Both the position numbers and the translations under genes were made by a program. Below, piece by piece: positions 55,301 through 62,546 of a stretch of 62,546 bases of DNA. The stretch lies in the IMG/VR virus record IMGVR_UViG_3300043464_000631, positions 1 to 62,546 of that record. One strand, 5' to 3'. The DNA is from a virus. Taxonomy: Duplodnaviria > Caudoviricetes. How positions within the stretch are numbered: the stretch's first letter is position 1; each line of letters begins with the position of its first letter. The notes beneath the pieces were generated by a model. The model saw nothing but the letters and a program-made list of their open reading frames with translations, was not told where the DNA came from and ran no database searches.

Positions 55301-58300
55301 CTTACTCCCGACGAGAAGAGCGCAGTAGAGTACGCTACCACAGATGTCAACGAGTTCCACGCCAATACGATGACTAATCCATTGGTGCAAAGTGCTCTCA
55401 AGAAAGAGAGCCTGTGGGAGCCTGTCAAGAACGCCATCCGTATTCTGCTTGGTGTTCCCCGTAGCCAGAAGTCCCTTCTGGATGAAGTGCTCGATGCGTC
55501 GTACTCCCTTGTGGATGCGATCAACAAGCGGGATGCGGGGACTAGGACGGAGGCGACTACGCCGGATACGGGTGCTCGCAGGGCTACGGTACAAGAGGGT
55601 ACTCCACCCCGATCTCAGCGGGCACAAGCTGGTCTGCCGGAGGCTCGTCAAGCCAAAGCACAACCACTCCGTGGTACGGTGAACTTTACTACCGTCCAAG
55701 GGTGGAGGAACGGGCTTGGTGTTTCCAAGGACTTGTTCGGGGATTTGTTCACTGGACTGATGACTTCAACCCGAGGTGTGGGTACTGAGGTCAAGGTGGC
55801 AGAGCGTCTCCGAGACGGAGCTAAGCAAGAGACTGACTTGATCGTTGAAGCGTTCCTCAATCGGGTGCGTAGCGTCATCGACAAGACCAACCCCCGCGAG
55901 GAATCACGCAAGTCTATCAACGACCGAGTGATGAACTACCTCCGTGGTAACAAGGCTGCACTCGATGAAGTGTCGGGTGAAGTCCGAGAGGTCCGGGCTA
56001 TCCTTGGCAACAAGGAGTTCCGAGAGGCTATTGACTCTGCTCGTTCCGAGATTGACAATTTGACCAAGCGTATCGGCCAAGAGATTGTTCGCGCTTACCA
56101 AGGTAGGCCAATGCCCGAGGCTATGACCAAGAAACTCCAGACGTTGAAGAACGGCTTGGGTATCTACATGACTCGTGTGTACGAAGCCTTCATTGATCGT
56201 AAGTACGGGGCCGATCTTCTCCAGAAGTACGAGGCAGGGGATGAGACTGCAAGGGATGTGCTGAAGCCCTTGCTTGATCGTCTCACTGACCAGACGGCTT
56301 TCCTCGGAGAAAACCTCGATAATGCAGAGCGGGTTGCCAAGATGGAGAACGATGCGCTGGCGGCACAAGGACGTAAGCCTACCCAGAAGCCGTGGTCCTC
56401 TGCGAACTGGGAGAAGGTGAGCGACATCAAGTTGGAGACGATGTACCGCGACTTGATTGGGTCTGCCAGCGGTCTCCCTCGTGAGCAAATGTTCAACGAG
56501 CTTCGTCAGTGGTTCAACGATAACGTGGGTAATGCTACGGACAAGAAGGCAGCTAGCCAGAAGACGGCGATGCGTATTGTCCGGGACATCCTGCTGACCA
56601 ACAGCACCAACACCCCAATGGCTCAGTTCTGGCGCAAGATGCGCACGGATGACCGGGCACTCAAGGACTTAGAGGATGTGCCCACGGATGTTCGGAAGGC
56701 GCTGGGTGAGGTGAAAGACCCGTTCCTTCGTGCAGCGTTCACCATGTCCCGCCAGACGGCGGTAGTGGCTAGCCTTGCACAGAACAACACGCTGATGGAA
56801 TACAGCCCGCAGTTGTTCAAGCCGCAGGCTGAGCGAGTCCAAGGTGTTCACGATTTCCGAATCCCGAATAACCCGCTTGCCTACGGTAAGTTGGCCGGGA
56901 TGTTCACTGACAAGAACACTCACGATTTCATCGTGGGGTCTACGGAAATCTACGGAGCGGATAGTCTCACGGAGCTTGCCGACTTGGCTACGAAGTTCCG
57001 GTCGGGTGAGGATTACATCGGTGCAGTTGGAGCCTATGTGTTGAGGAAGGGTATGGCCCTTTCCCAAATGCAGAAGTTCGTGGGTATCGTGTTTAACCAC
57101 GGTGCTGCGGTACTTGACTTTGCCGGTATTCCGTCCTTCATTATTGGGCGTGGTAACGTCGATCCGAGTACGTTGAAGTCTGCGGTGAGTGTAGCCAAGC
57201 AACTTGTGGGTACTCAGTTCCGAAAGAAGTATTCGGATGAGACTCGACGCATCATGAGCTTGGGTATCATTGACCCTGCCTTGACTCGTATCGACGAGCA
57301 GGTGGACCAAGCGATGAGGGAGACGGAGCTTCGCCAGAAGCTGCGGAAGGGTACGGCAACCTACGATGTCATCAAGGGTTTCGCTACCTCCACCTTCAAC
57401 CTGATTCGCGATGCACGAGCGTTCGCTGAGAACATCCCGAAGGTAGCCAACTACCTTAACAACGAAAGGTTCCTCCGTAAGGCGTTCCCCGATCTCTCCC
57501 AAAAGGAGATCGAACGTCTGGCTGTCGAGAAGACTCTCCGCACGGAGATCAACTACTCGATGGTGCCCAAGATGGTACGACTCACCGAGTCGCTTGGTGT
57601 GGGCTACGTAGTGTCCTTCATGTGGGAAAGCTACCGGACGGGGTTCACCAACCACATCGAGGCTATCCGAGAGATTCGTTCGGGTAATCCGACGATGAGG
57701 CAGTTGGGTATTCAGCGTCTCGTTGGTTCCACTGTCGGTTTGGCTAGTATGAGCTACCTGTACGGAACTGTGTTGTCGGGAATGGTCGGCGCTCTTGAGT
57801 TAGATGATGAGTGGGATGAACTCATGCGGTATCTTGGCTGGCACCAGCAAGGCCAGAACCGAGGAATCCTTGGCATCAGTGATGACTTGACCGTAACCTC
57901 CGCTGACTTCGGTCGTATGGATGGTATGGATGTGTACAGCGCAACTTGGCGTAGCGTGGCTCAGATGCTTGGGCAGTTCGCCGAGGGGGATGATGAGGGT
58001 GCTATCGAAACTGCAAAGGCCACGGCGGAAGCCACGGCTAGTGCGTTCGTAGGCGGCGCTCCTCTCGGTACTCTGGCGATCAACACGGCTGCTGGAAGGG
58101 AGTCCAAGAACTTCTTCGAGAAGGAGTTCCCCGGCCTGTACGACAACTTCAAGGCGTCTGCTGGCGAGGTGTTCGGCGACAGTGCTGCTACCAACATTGT
58201 GGATTTCTTGGCCGCAGTGACTGCTGCGTACACCCCCGGTTCCTTTAAGCAAGGGCTGAGAGGACTTGGTGCCGCAGAACGAGAAGAGGGTACTCCTACG

Positions 58301-58858
58301 GTGCTTGCTCTTGCTGCCGGTATGCCGGTGTCGAAGGACAACCCGTTGGCTACGCTTGAGGGCGGACCTGCTCGCGGGTTCATCAACACACGCCGTGAGG
58401 CTTCTGCTAGCATGCAAGACGCGGTGACTATCGGTACGTCCAAAGAAACCCCGGCATTGATGCAGTCTGCTGTGGAAGATTACATCTCCGCTCAACGCGA
58501 TGCCTACGAAGAACTCACCAAGTACGCCAATGTGGCTAGAGCCGCTGGTCGCATGGTGGGTAAGTCGGAAGCTGAGTTGACTAAGCTGATCTACGAATCC
58601 TTGAAGAAGAACAACGGATTCCCAGATGAGCAAGCAGACAGGATGAGCAAGGGACTTCCGTTCCAACCGACGATGCCGCGTAACCAGACCACGTTCCTGA
58701 AGTCAGCCATTGACCGGGCACTTGGTAATCAGCGTCAAACCACTGAAATCTCCCGCGCCGCTTTCGCGGAGCGTAGGCAGCAGATGGAAGCGCGAAAAGA
58801 GCAAGTGCTCAGTCTGCTCGAAGATCGGATCAAATCGTACAAACCCGAACAGCAATAG
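52388..58858 (+). CDS. Large internal virion (ejection) protein with zincin-like domain
   Basis: 2156 aa; TM-like A/G-rich segments; TLHEIVHA...NEFHA. Confidence 0.75.
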   Translation: MNEIDRIQQAIQRARAAQDLEAVAELEGLLTQARTQAALQAPAFNAQQGFKLEPMAQEDITRNRERYFANQAKEQADIAASEQVGLTDIGRRGLSGTVEAAPSGVTGAAQLGTGAYLGEARDTAQGMIRTDPGTVEGLTRTIQGVSNPFSTLVGMFTPEKAPEQLQQAGQANLEETLAIRQKNAEEIAKLKQAYMAEGGSEFAADLAQGVGGSLTSVAPLAGAAIVGGVTRSPAAALIAQRTLSILPATQAYADSYAEYKAQYPEASEEDAQKYAMSMASIEFGVESMIPGGAGGLAGTGLKQAAGAVASRTAREGLTEGVTEITSQVAQRELAPALAPQTPEDALYNVGLATTAGTVLGGPINTVGVATERAGLTRAQRVEQQRLAEAKQAEERLLAEIAARDRATAEGIAAQKAAEAQAQAAVDAAMPQSVRDNLLVPRGPVSTLEGRGGLSFLQAPDLGAPQGPSSTLLDASRIQEELAGPASPFLPRAEGVDLTTPRGENSTILQPTEANLGQPRGPVSVLPGQAPQAALGLDTPRGEATPLTEMSRLQARQQDQASQIEVLTQERDAISAKETPLTRKERSRIKTLNKEIGRLAISQEATARAINEEAARPQVTQDVPLGDLARTQLPRLPEPPAPQPTTTVQPQPQMPPVEAPRPVSEATMAPDPGTRSTVTLSKRAWDNMSQDQKNTWLQKYDLASTEGRQVVLTGKPIPFAPMAPAPRQAAEPTTQPPAAPIVREDVIDLETGRVTGEQTAEVGVPVNDTQRQELENFFNDVKANRSVNLPSDQQAAFARIMNVQVPPEQRKATPLRQALSRARTAWDALAGVKAAVRMGADPKIERYDRLIDSLTTEDMKNVGFTLLQPETEARTPFQRALKDDPKELQTKGSHEVDPATGRDEVTIVGDGYARRDGTATVETTLHEIVHAKGAAAIRAVQEGRETDPAIVRAVNNLNDARLKLREAIPKKGLTPDEKSAVEYATTDVNEFHANTMTNPLVQSALKKESLWEPVKNAIRILLGVPRSQKSLLDEVLDASYSLVDAINKRDAGTRTEATTPDTGARRATVQEGTPPRSQRAQAGLPEARQAKAQPLRGTVNFTTVQGWRNGLGVSKDLFGDLFTGLMTSTRGVGTEVKVAERLRDGAKQETDLIVEAFLNRVRSVIDKTNPREESRKSINDRVMNYLRGNKAALDEVSGEVREVRAILGNKEFREAIDSARSEIDNLTKRIGQEIVRAYQGRPMPEAMTKKLQTLKNGLGIYMTRVYEAFIDRKYGADLLQKYEAGDETARDVLKPLLDRLTDQTAFLGENLDNAERVAKMENDALAAQGRKPTQKPWSSANWEKVSDIKLETMYRDLIGSASGLPREQMFNELRQWFNDNVGNATDKKAASQKTAMRIVRDILLTNSTNTPMAQFWRKMRTDDRALKDLEDVPTDVRKALGEVKDPFLRAAFTMSRQTAVVASLAQNNTLMEYSPQLFKPQAERVQGVHDFRIPNNPLAYGKLAGMFTDKNTHDFIVGSTEIYGADSLTELADLATKFRSGEDYIGAVGAYVLRKGMALSQMQKFVGIVFNHGAAVLDFAGIPSFIIGRGNVDPSTLKSAVSVAKQLVGTQFRKKYSDETRRIMSLGIIDPALTRIDEQVDQAMRETELRQKLRKGTATYDVIKGFATSTFNLIRDARAFAENIPKVANYLNNERFLRKAFPDLSQKEIERLAVEKTLRTEINYSMVPKMVRLTESLGVGYVVSFMWESYRTGFTNHIEAIREIRSGNPTMRQLGIQRLVGSTVGLASMSYLYGTVLSGMVGALELDDEWDELMRYLGWHQQGQNRGILGISDDLTVTSADFGRMDGMDVYSATWRSVAQMLGQFAEGDDEGAIETAKATAEATASAFVGGAPLGTLAINTAAGRESKNFFEKEFPGLYDNFKASAGEVFGDSAATNIVDFLAAVTAAYTPGSFKQGLRGLGAAEREEGTPTVLALAAGMPVSKDNPLATLEGGPARGFINTRREASASMQDAVTIGTSKETPALMQSAVEDYISAQRDAYEELTKYANVARAAGRMVGKSEAELTKLIYESLKKNNGFPDEQADRMSKGLPFQPTMPRNQTTFLKSAIDRALGNQRQTTEISRAAFAERRQQMEARKEQVLSLLEDRIKSYKPEQQ

Positions 58859-58873
58859 GAGGTAACTAAGTAA

Positions 58874-59890
58874 ATGGCTATCGGTCAACAGGTGACGAAG
58901 CCGGGAATGGGATCGGGGGCTCCGGCCCCCCTTCCCTCCGGTGGTATGCAAGGGACTAACACGGGGTACGTTCAACCCGGCTCTCAGTTCTCCCAGCAAA
59001 ACATCCAACGTAATGCTCAGCAACGGGTTCCGTTCCAAGGTCAGTTCAACGGCAACCCTCGTGGTGCGAATAACATGGGTAGGCGGAACAACAACCCCTT
59101 TGGGTTCCAAGGTCAGGGTATGGCTCCCGCTTGGTCCCAGCAAAATAACCTTGGGCGTTATCGTCCCCCGACGATGAATGGTATGGGTGGTTACAACTCG
59201 AACCAATGGAATGACATGGGTGGGATGGATTACAACCTACCGGGTTCGTACGGCAGTCCGCTGGGCCAAGGTCAGTTTGCACCTATGCCTCGTCAGTTCC
59301 AACAGTTCATGATGGGTGGTATGGGTGGTGGGTTTGGCGGGATGGGTCTAGACCGTATGCGCCAGCAGCAGATAGCTGACTTTGGTATGGGTGGTCAAGA
59401 GTGGTTTATTCCCGGCCCAGACATTGACTTCCTCACCGGGAATCGCTTCAGAGGCGGTGGGCTTTACCCTGACACGAATTTCCTCGGTGGTGGTGGCAGC
59501 TATGAGGACTATCGTAACAATTGGCAAGGCAGTAACAGATTCGCAAATGGACAGTTTGGCACGACGCAAGTTATCCCCGGTGAGGACATCCCGCTCTCAG
59601 AGGAGGAATGGAGAGCGAGCCAAGGTGGCGGAACACCCCCTAGCTATGATGAGTGGAGGGGCGGTTTCGCGACCGATATGATGATGCGTTCTCCTGAAGA
59701 AGACGCCGCAAGAGAACAGGGTTTCCGAGATCGATATAACGAAGAGTTTGGACAGCAAGGCGGTAGCATACCCCCCGGCAAAGACGGCCGCCCCCTGATG
59801 GAACAACCCCAGCCTGCGCCTACTTGGGATAGTCCTTTCAATAGGTCGTACAACATGGCTGCCCTTCGTCAAATGATGGGTGGTGGTTGA
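58874..59890 (+). CDS. Low-complexity G/Q/N/M/F-rich protein
   Basis: AGGAGG RBS; composition. Confidence 0.7.
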   Translation: MAIGQQVTKPGMGSGAPAPLPSGGMQGTNTGYVQPGSQFSQQNIQRNAQQRVPFQGQFNGNPRGANNMGRRNNNPFGFQGQGMAPAWSQQNNLGRYRPPTMNGMGGYNSNQWNDMGGMDYNLPGSYGSPLGQGQFAPMPRQFQQFMMGGMGGGFGGMGLDRMRQQQIADFGMGGQEWFIPGPDIDFLTGNRFRGGGLYPDTNFLGGGGSYEDYRNNWQGSNRFANGQFGTTQVIPGEDIPLSEEEWRASQGGGTPPSYDEWRGGFATDMMMRSPEEDAAREQGFRDRYNEEFGQQGGSIPPGKDGRPLMEQPQPAPTWDSPFNRSYNMAALRQMMGGG

Positions 59891-59948
59891 GACATGTTGT
59901 TCCCCGCTTCGCTTAAGTAAACACCTAAACTAAAGGAGAGAAACAAGG

Positions 59949-61013
59949 ATGTCCAATTACGATCAAATCTTCCCGGAGCCGGCACGAGGGACTCGCCCTG
60001 TCCCCATCTTGCTGGTCGATCCGGCAACTGGTGAGGCTTACGCAGCAGGCGGCGGCGGGGGTGGGGGTGGAGACGCTTCTGCTGCTAACCAAGTCACGGG
60101 TAACAACACTCTTGCAACAATCAACACCAAGACTCCAGCATTGGGTCAGACTACAGCGTCTGCTTCTTCTCCGGTGGTCATCGCCTCGGATCAGTCAGTT
60201 ATTCCAGTCAATCAGGCGGGTGTGTCGGCCAGCGGACCTATCACTGCCCTCAACGGAGCCGTACCTCTTGCTCTTAACGGAGCAACAGGTTTTGCTGTGG
60301 ACTTGCGTGGTACGTTCACTGCCACGGTCACGTTCCAAGGCACGATTAACGGGACGGATTGGTTTACGGTAGCGGTCCTTCCGGCAGGTGGTAGCGTCAA
60401 TGTCGCTTCTGTGACGACTGCTACGGCGGCTGGTGCTTGGGTTGGCCACGGCTCTGGTTTTGCTCAAGTGCGTGCAATTGCCACAGCGTTCACTTCGGGT
60501 ACGATCAACGTCACCGTCCGCGCTATGCAAGCTGCGGGTATTGTGGCGACGATCCCCACAGGTGCTACAACTCAAGCAGTCTCGGGTACAGTCACTGCTA
60601 ACATCGGCACGGGTTCTCTTGCTGCTGGTACTAACGCCATCGGCGATGTGGGTATCCAGTACCGAGGTAACGCTACGGGTGCCGGCTCAGGCACTAACTT
60701 TGTAGCCGCTGGCTCCACTAATGCCGCTGTGCTCAAGGCTTCAGCGGGTCGTCTCCTTGGGTTTGTGTTGACCAACAACGCGACAGCAGTTCGATACGTC
60801 AAGTTCCACAACAGCGCCACTACTCCTACCGCTGGTACGGGTGTGGTTCAAACCTATGGTATTCCTCCCAACGGAGGCACTATCACACTGTCTGTGCCGG
60901 GTGGTATTGGTTTCGGTACAGGTATTGCTTACACAACCGTTACCGGCGCAGCAGCCGCTGACGCTACAGCCGTAACCGCAAACGATATTGTTGGCACCTT
61001 TCACTGGGCTTAA
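59949..61013 (+). CDS. Putative tail fibre / virion appendage protein
   Basis: GGGGGDASAANQ, LAAGTNAIGDV, beta-rich A/T/G composition. Confidence 0.65.
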   Translation: MSNYDQIFPEPARGTRPVPILLVDPATGEAYAAGGGGGGGGDASAANQVTGNNTLATINTKTPALGQTTASASSPVVIASDQSVIPVNQAGVSASGPITALNGAVPLALNGATGFAVDLRGTFTATVTFQGTINGTDWFTVAVLPAGGSVNVASVTTATAAGAWVGHGSGFAQVRAIATAFTSGTINVTVRAMQAAGIVATIPTGATTQAVSGTVTANIGTGSLAAGTNAIGDVGIQYRGNATGAGSGTNFVAAGSTNAAVLKASAGRLLGFVLTNNATAVRYVKFHNSATTPTAGTGVVQTYGIPPNGGTITLSVPGGIGFGTGIAYTTVTGAAAADATAVTANDIVGTFHWA

Positions 61014-61030
61014 TAAGGAGATACACACAC

Positions 61031-61300
61031 ATGGCTACCAAGACTGTTGATATGTTGCTCGAAGTTCGTGACGTTGAGGGCGTTGTGAATGTTACCCACC
61101 CGGCTATTGGTTTTACCGAAGACGAGGGTGTTACTGTTGTCATCCCCATCGGGTACATTCCCCCGCTCGAAGAGTCCCCTATCGCTGATCTTCGCATGAC
61201 GCTGATTCCCCAAGCACAGCCGGTCTTCCCGACCGCCTTGATCTCTCGTGTCAACGATCCCGAAGCTGGTACTAGCACCCTGACCTTCTCTTTCGAGTAA
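61031..61300 (+). CDS. Hypothetical protein
   Basis: AAGGAG RBS. Confidence 0.65.
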   Translation: MATKTVDMLLEVRDVEGVVNVTHPAIGFTEDEGVTVVIPIGYIPPLEESPIADLRMTLIPQAQPVFPTALISRVNDPEAGTSTLTFSFE

Positions 61301-61329
61301 GCTCTCGGTAAAAGGAGGGTGCGATAAAG

Positions 61330-61959
61330 ATGGAAAGATACCCAATACCCTCCAACATGGAGGGACAAGGAGTACGTAACCCGTACTCGCGACTGAACAC
61401 AATGTTCAATCCGAGGTTGCTTGCTTCGGATGCAATGATGGCAGCACTTCCCGGCCCCGCTGGAGCGATAGATCGGTTCACCGGAAACCGGATCAGGAAC
61501 TTCGCTGACAGGATGACTGGCGGAACAGCGGCTCGTAACCAACGCGAGTACGATGCGTACATGCGCCAGATGATGAGGGACGATCCCGGTAATCAAAGCT
61601 CGGGTTTGTTTAGTCGTGCGCGGGAGTTCTTCGGGAATCTTGGTGGAGGGGGAGGTGCCCCCGCACCTTTCCTTCCGTACCAACCAAACTCCCCCGCGTA
61701 CAACCCAGCGCAAGGAGGCATGCCCCAGATGTGGTGGGAACAACGCCAAGGAACTGGCGGGGATATGTACGGCTCCGGTCAAGGAATGATGCGTGGTCCC
61801 GCTACGGGGCCTGCCCCTAGCTTCGCTTCTGCTCGTAGTCGTATGGCCGGTGGGGACGGATTCTCACAGGTCATCCAAGGGGACGCTGCTCGCGATATGA
61901 TGAACGCAATGAAGCTCAATCAACGCGGTACGTTCCAGCGACACGACAACGCCTTCTAA
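61330..61959 (+). CDS. Low-complexity G/M/R-rich protein
   Basis: AAGGAGG RBS; composition. Confidence 0.65.
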   Translation: MERYPIPSNMEGQGVRNPYSRLNTMFNPRLLASDAMMAALPGPAGAIDRFTGNRIRNFADRMTGGTAARNQREYDAYMRQMMRDDPGNQSSGLFSRAREFFGNLGGGGGAPAPFLPYQPNSPAYNPAQGGMPQMWWEQRQGTGGDMYGSGQGMMRGPATGPAPSFASARSRMAGGDGFSQVIQGDAARDMMNAMKLNQRGTFQRHDNAF

Positions 61960-62011
61960 GGCCGGTAGTTAACACATAAGCACTAACACACACAGGGGAG
62001 TGTAAATACAA

Positions 62012-62293
62012 ATGGATTTGTCACCAACGTTGGTTGAAGGAATTATCCTGTTCGCACTAGCTGGCTTGTGCTTTTGGCTGTGGTGGCTGAAGGGACGATT
62101 CGAGGAGATCAAGGATCAAATGCACGAGCTAGAAAAGAAACTCATTGCCGAGTACGCCTCTAAGGCAGACTTGAAGGAGGTCGTGAGAGAATCGCTAAGC
62201 CCTTTGAAAGAAGCTATTTCAGAACTAAAGGGGGACTTAAAGGCGACAATCGCGGCCATTGACGGGTATAAACGATGGGGGCCACCGGAATGA
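62012..62293 (+). CDS. Putative holin-like membrane protein
   Basis: One N-terminal TM plus coiled coil, directly before the spanins. Confidence 0.5.
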   Translation: MDLSPTLVEGIILFALAGLCFWLWWLKGRFEEIKDQMHELEKKLIAEYASKADLKEVVRESLSPLKEAISELKGDLKATIAAIDGYKRWGPPE

Positions 62294-62546
62294 TTCCACC
62301 CACCCTTCCAAACAAGTACGTGATGCTGGGGGCTGGGTTGATCCTAGCCTTCGGCTTTACCTTCTCGTACGGATATTACAAAGGGGGTGAGCAAGCGGAG
62401 GAGAGATTTAACGAAAGGCTCCTAGAAGCCAACGAGAAGCTCCTAGAGAGCGAGAAGGCTCTGGCAAGGGTAGCGTCAAGGAAAGCGTCGGAAGACGCTC
62501 AGAAGCTCTCTCAGGGGCGTTTAGAGGCATCAGAGATACGGAGGCA
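62290..62546 (+). CDS. i-spanin (Rz-like), 5' part; continues to position 224
   Basis: ATGA overlap; MIPPTLPNKYVMLGAGLILAFGFTFSYGYYKGG TM segment then coiled coil. Confidence 0.75.
   Translation, partial: MIPPTLPNKYVMLGAGLILAFGFTFSYGYYKGGEQAEERFNERLLEANEKLLESEKALARVASRKASEDAQKLSQGRLEASEIRR
62420..62546. repeat. Terminal overlap, identical to 1..127
   Basis: Exact identity. Confidence 0.95.

Noticed and set aside
52388-58858. N4-like or crAss-like virion RNA polymerase
   Set aside because: No recognisable single-subunit RNAP motifs or DxDxD catalytic motif; sigma70 promoters explain transcription
1-62546. Integrase, reverse transcriptase/DGR, or stop-codon reassignment
   Set aside because: No such genes recognised; core genes are intact in the standard code and the only tRNA has a sense anticodon

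Overview
The window is a complete, circularly assembled lytic podovirus-like phage genome of about 62,419 bp; the first 127 nt are repeated exactly at the end, as expected from an assembler overlap. It has two divergent arms. The minus arm (about 30.8 kb down to 0.5 kb) carries small early genes and then a replication/nucleotide module: T7-type primase-helicase, a family A DNA polymerase split into separate exonuclease and polymerase genes, DNA methyltransferase, SSB-like protein, class II RNR, 5'-3' exonuclease, dUTPase, endonuclease I, ThyX, HNH genes and tRNA-Gln. The plus arm (31.4 kb through the join to 0.4 kb) carries a tail fibre, endolysin, terminases, portal, scaffold, N4-gp56-like capsid, tail and ejection proteins, holin and spanins. 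The arms converge on a bidirectional terminator at about 411-471. I found no phage RNA polymerase or integrase, and transcription appears to use sigma70-type promoters. The most unusual signal is non-coding: three tandem, self-contained structured RNA elements between tRNA-Gln and a terminator (12378-12787), plus a fourth with its own promoter (9512-9681). None matches an RNA family I can recognise. Other oddities are inserted genes that end in an echo of the upstream gene's C-terminus, Xanthomonadales-like secreted-protein motifs, a stand-alone NAD-ligase Ia domain, a HiPIP-like domain, a prion-like protein, an orphan 14-nt anti-16S sequence and a promoter family with an intragenic member. 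All calls come from motif recognition by eye; no searches or folding programs were run.
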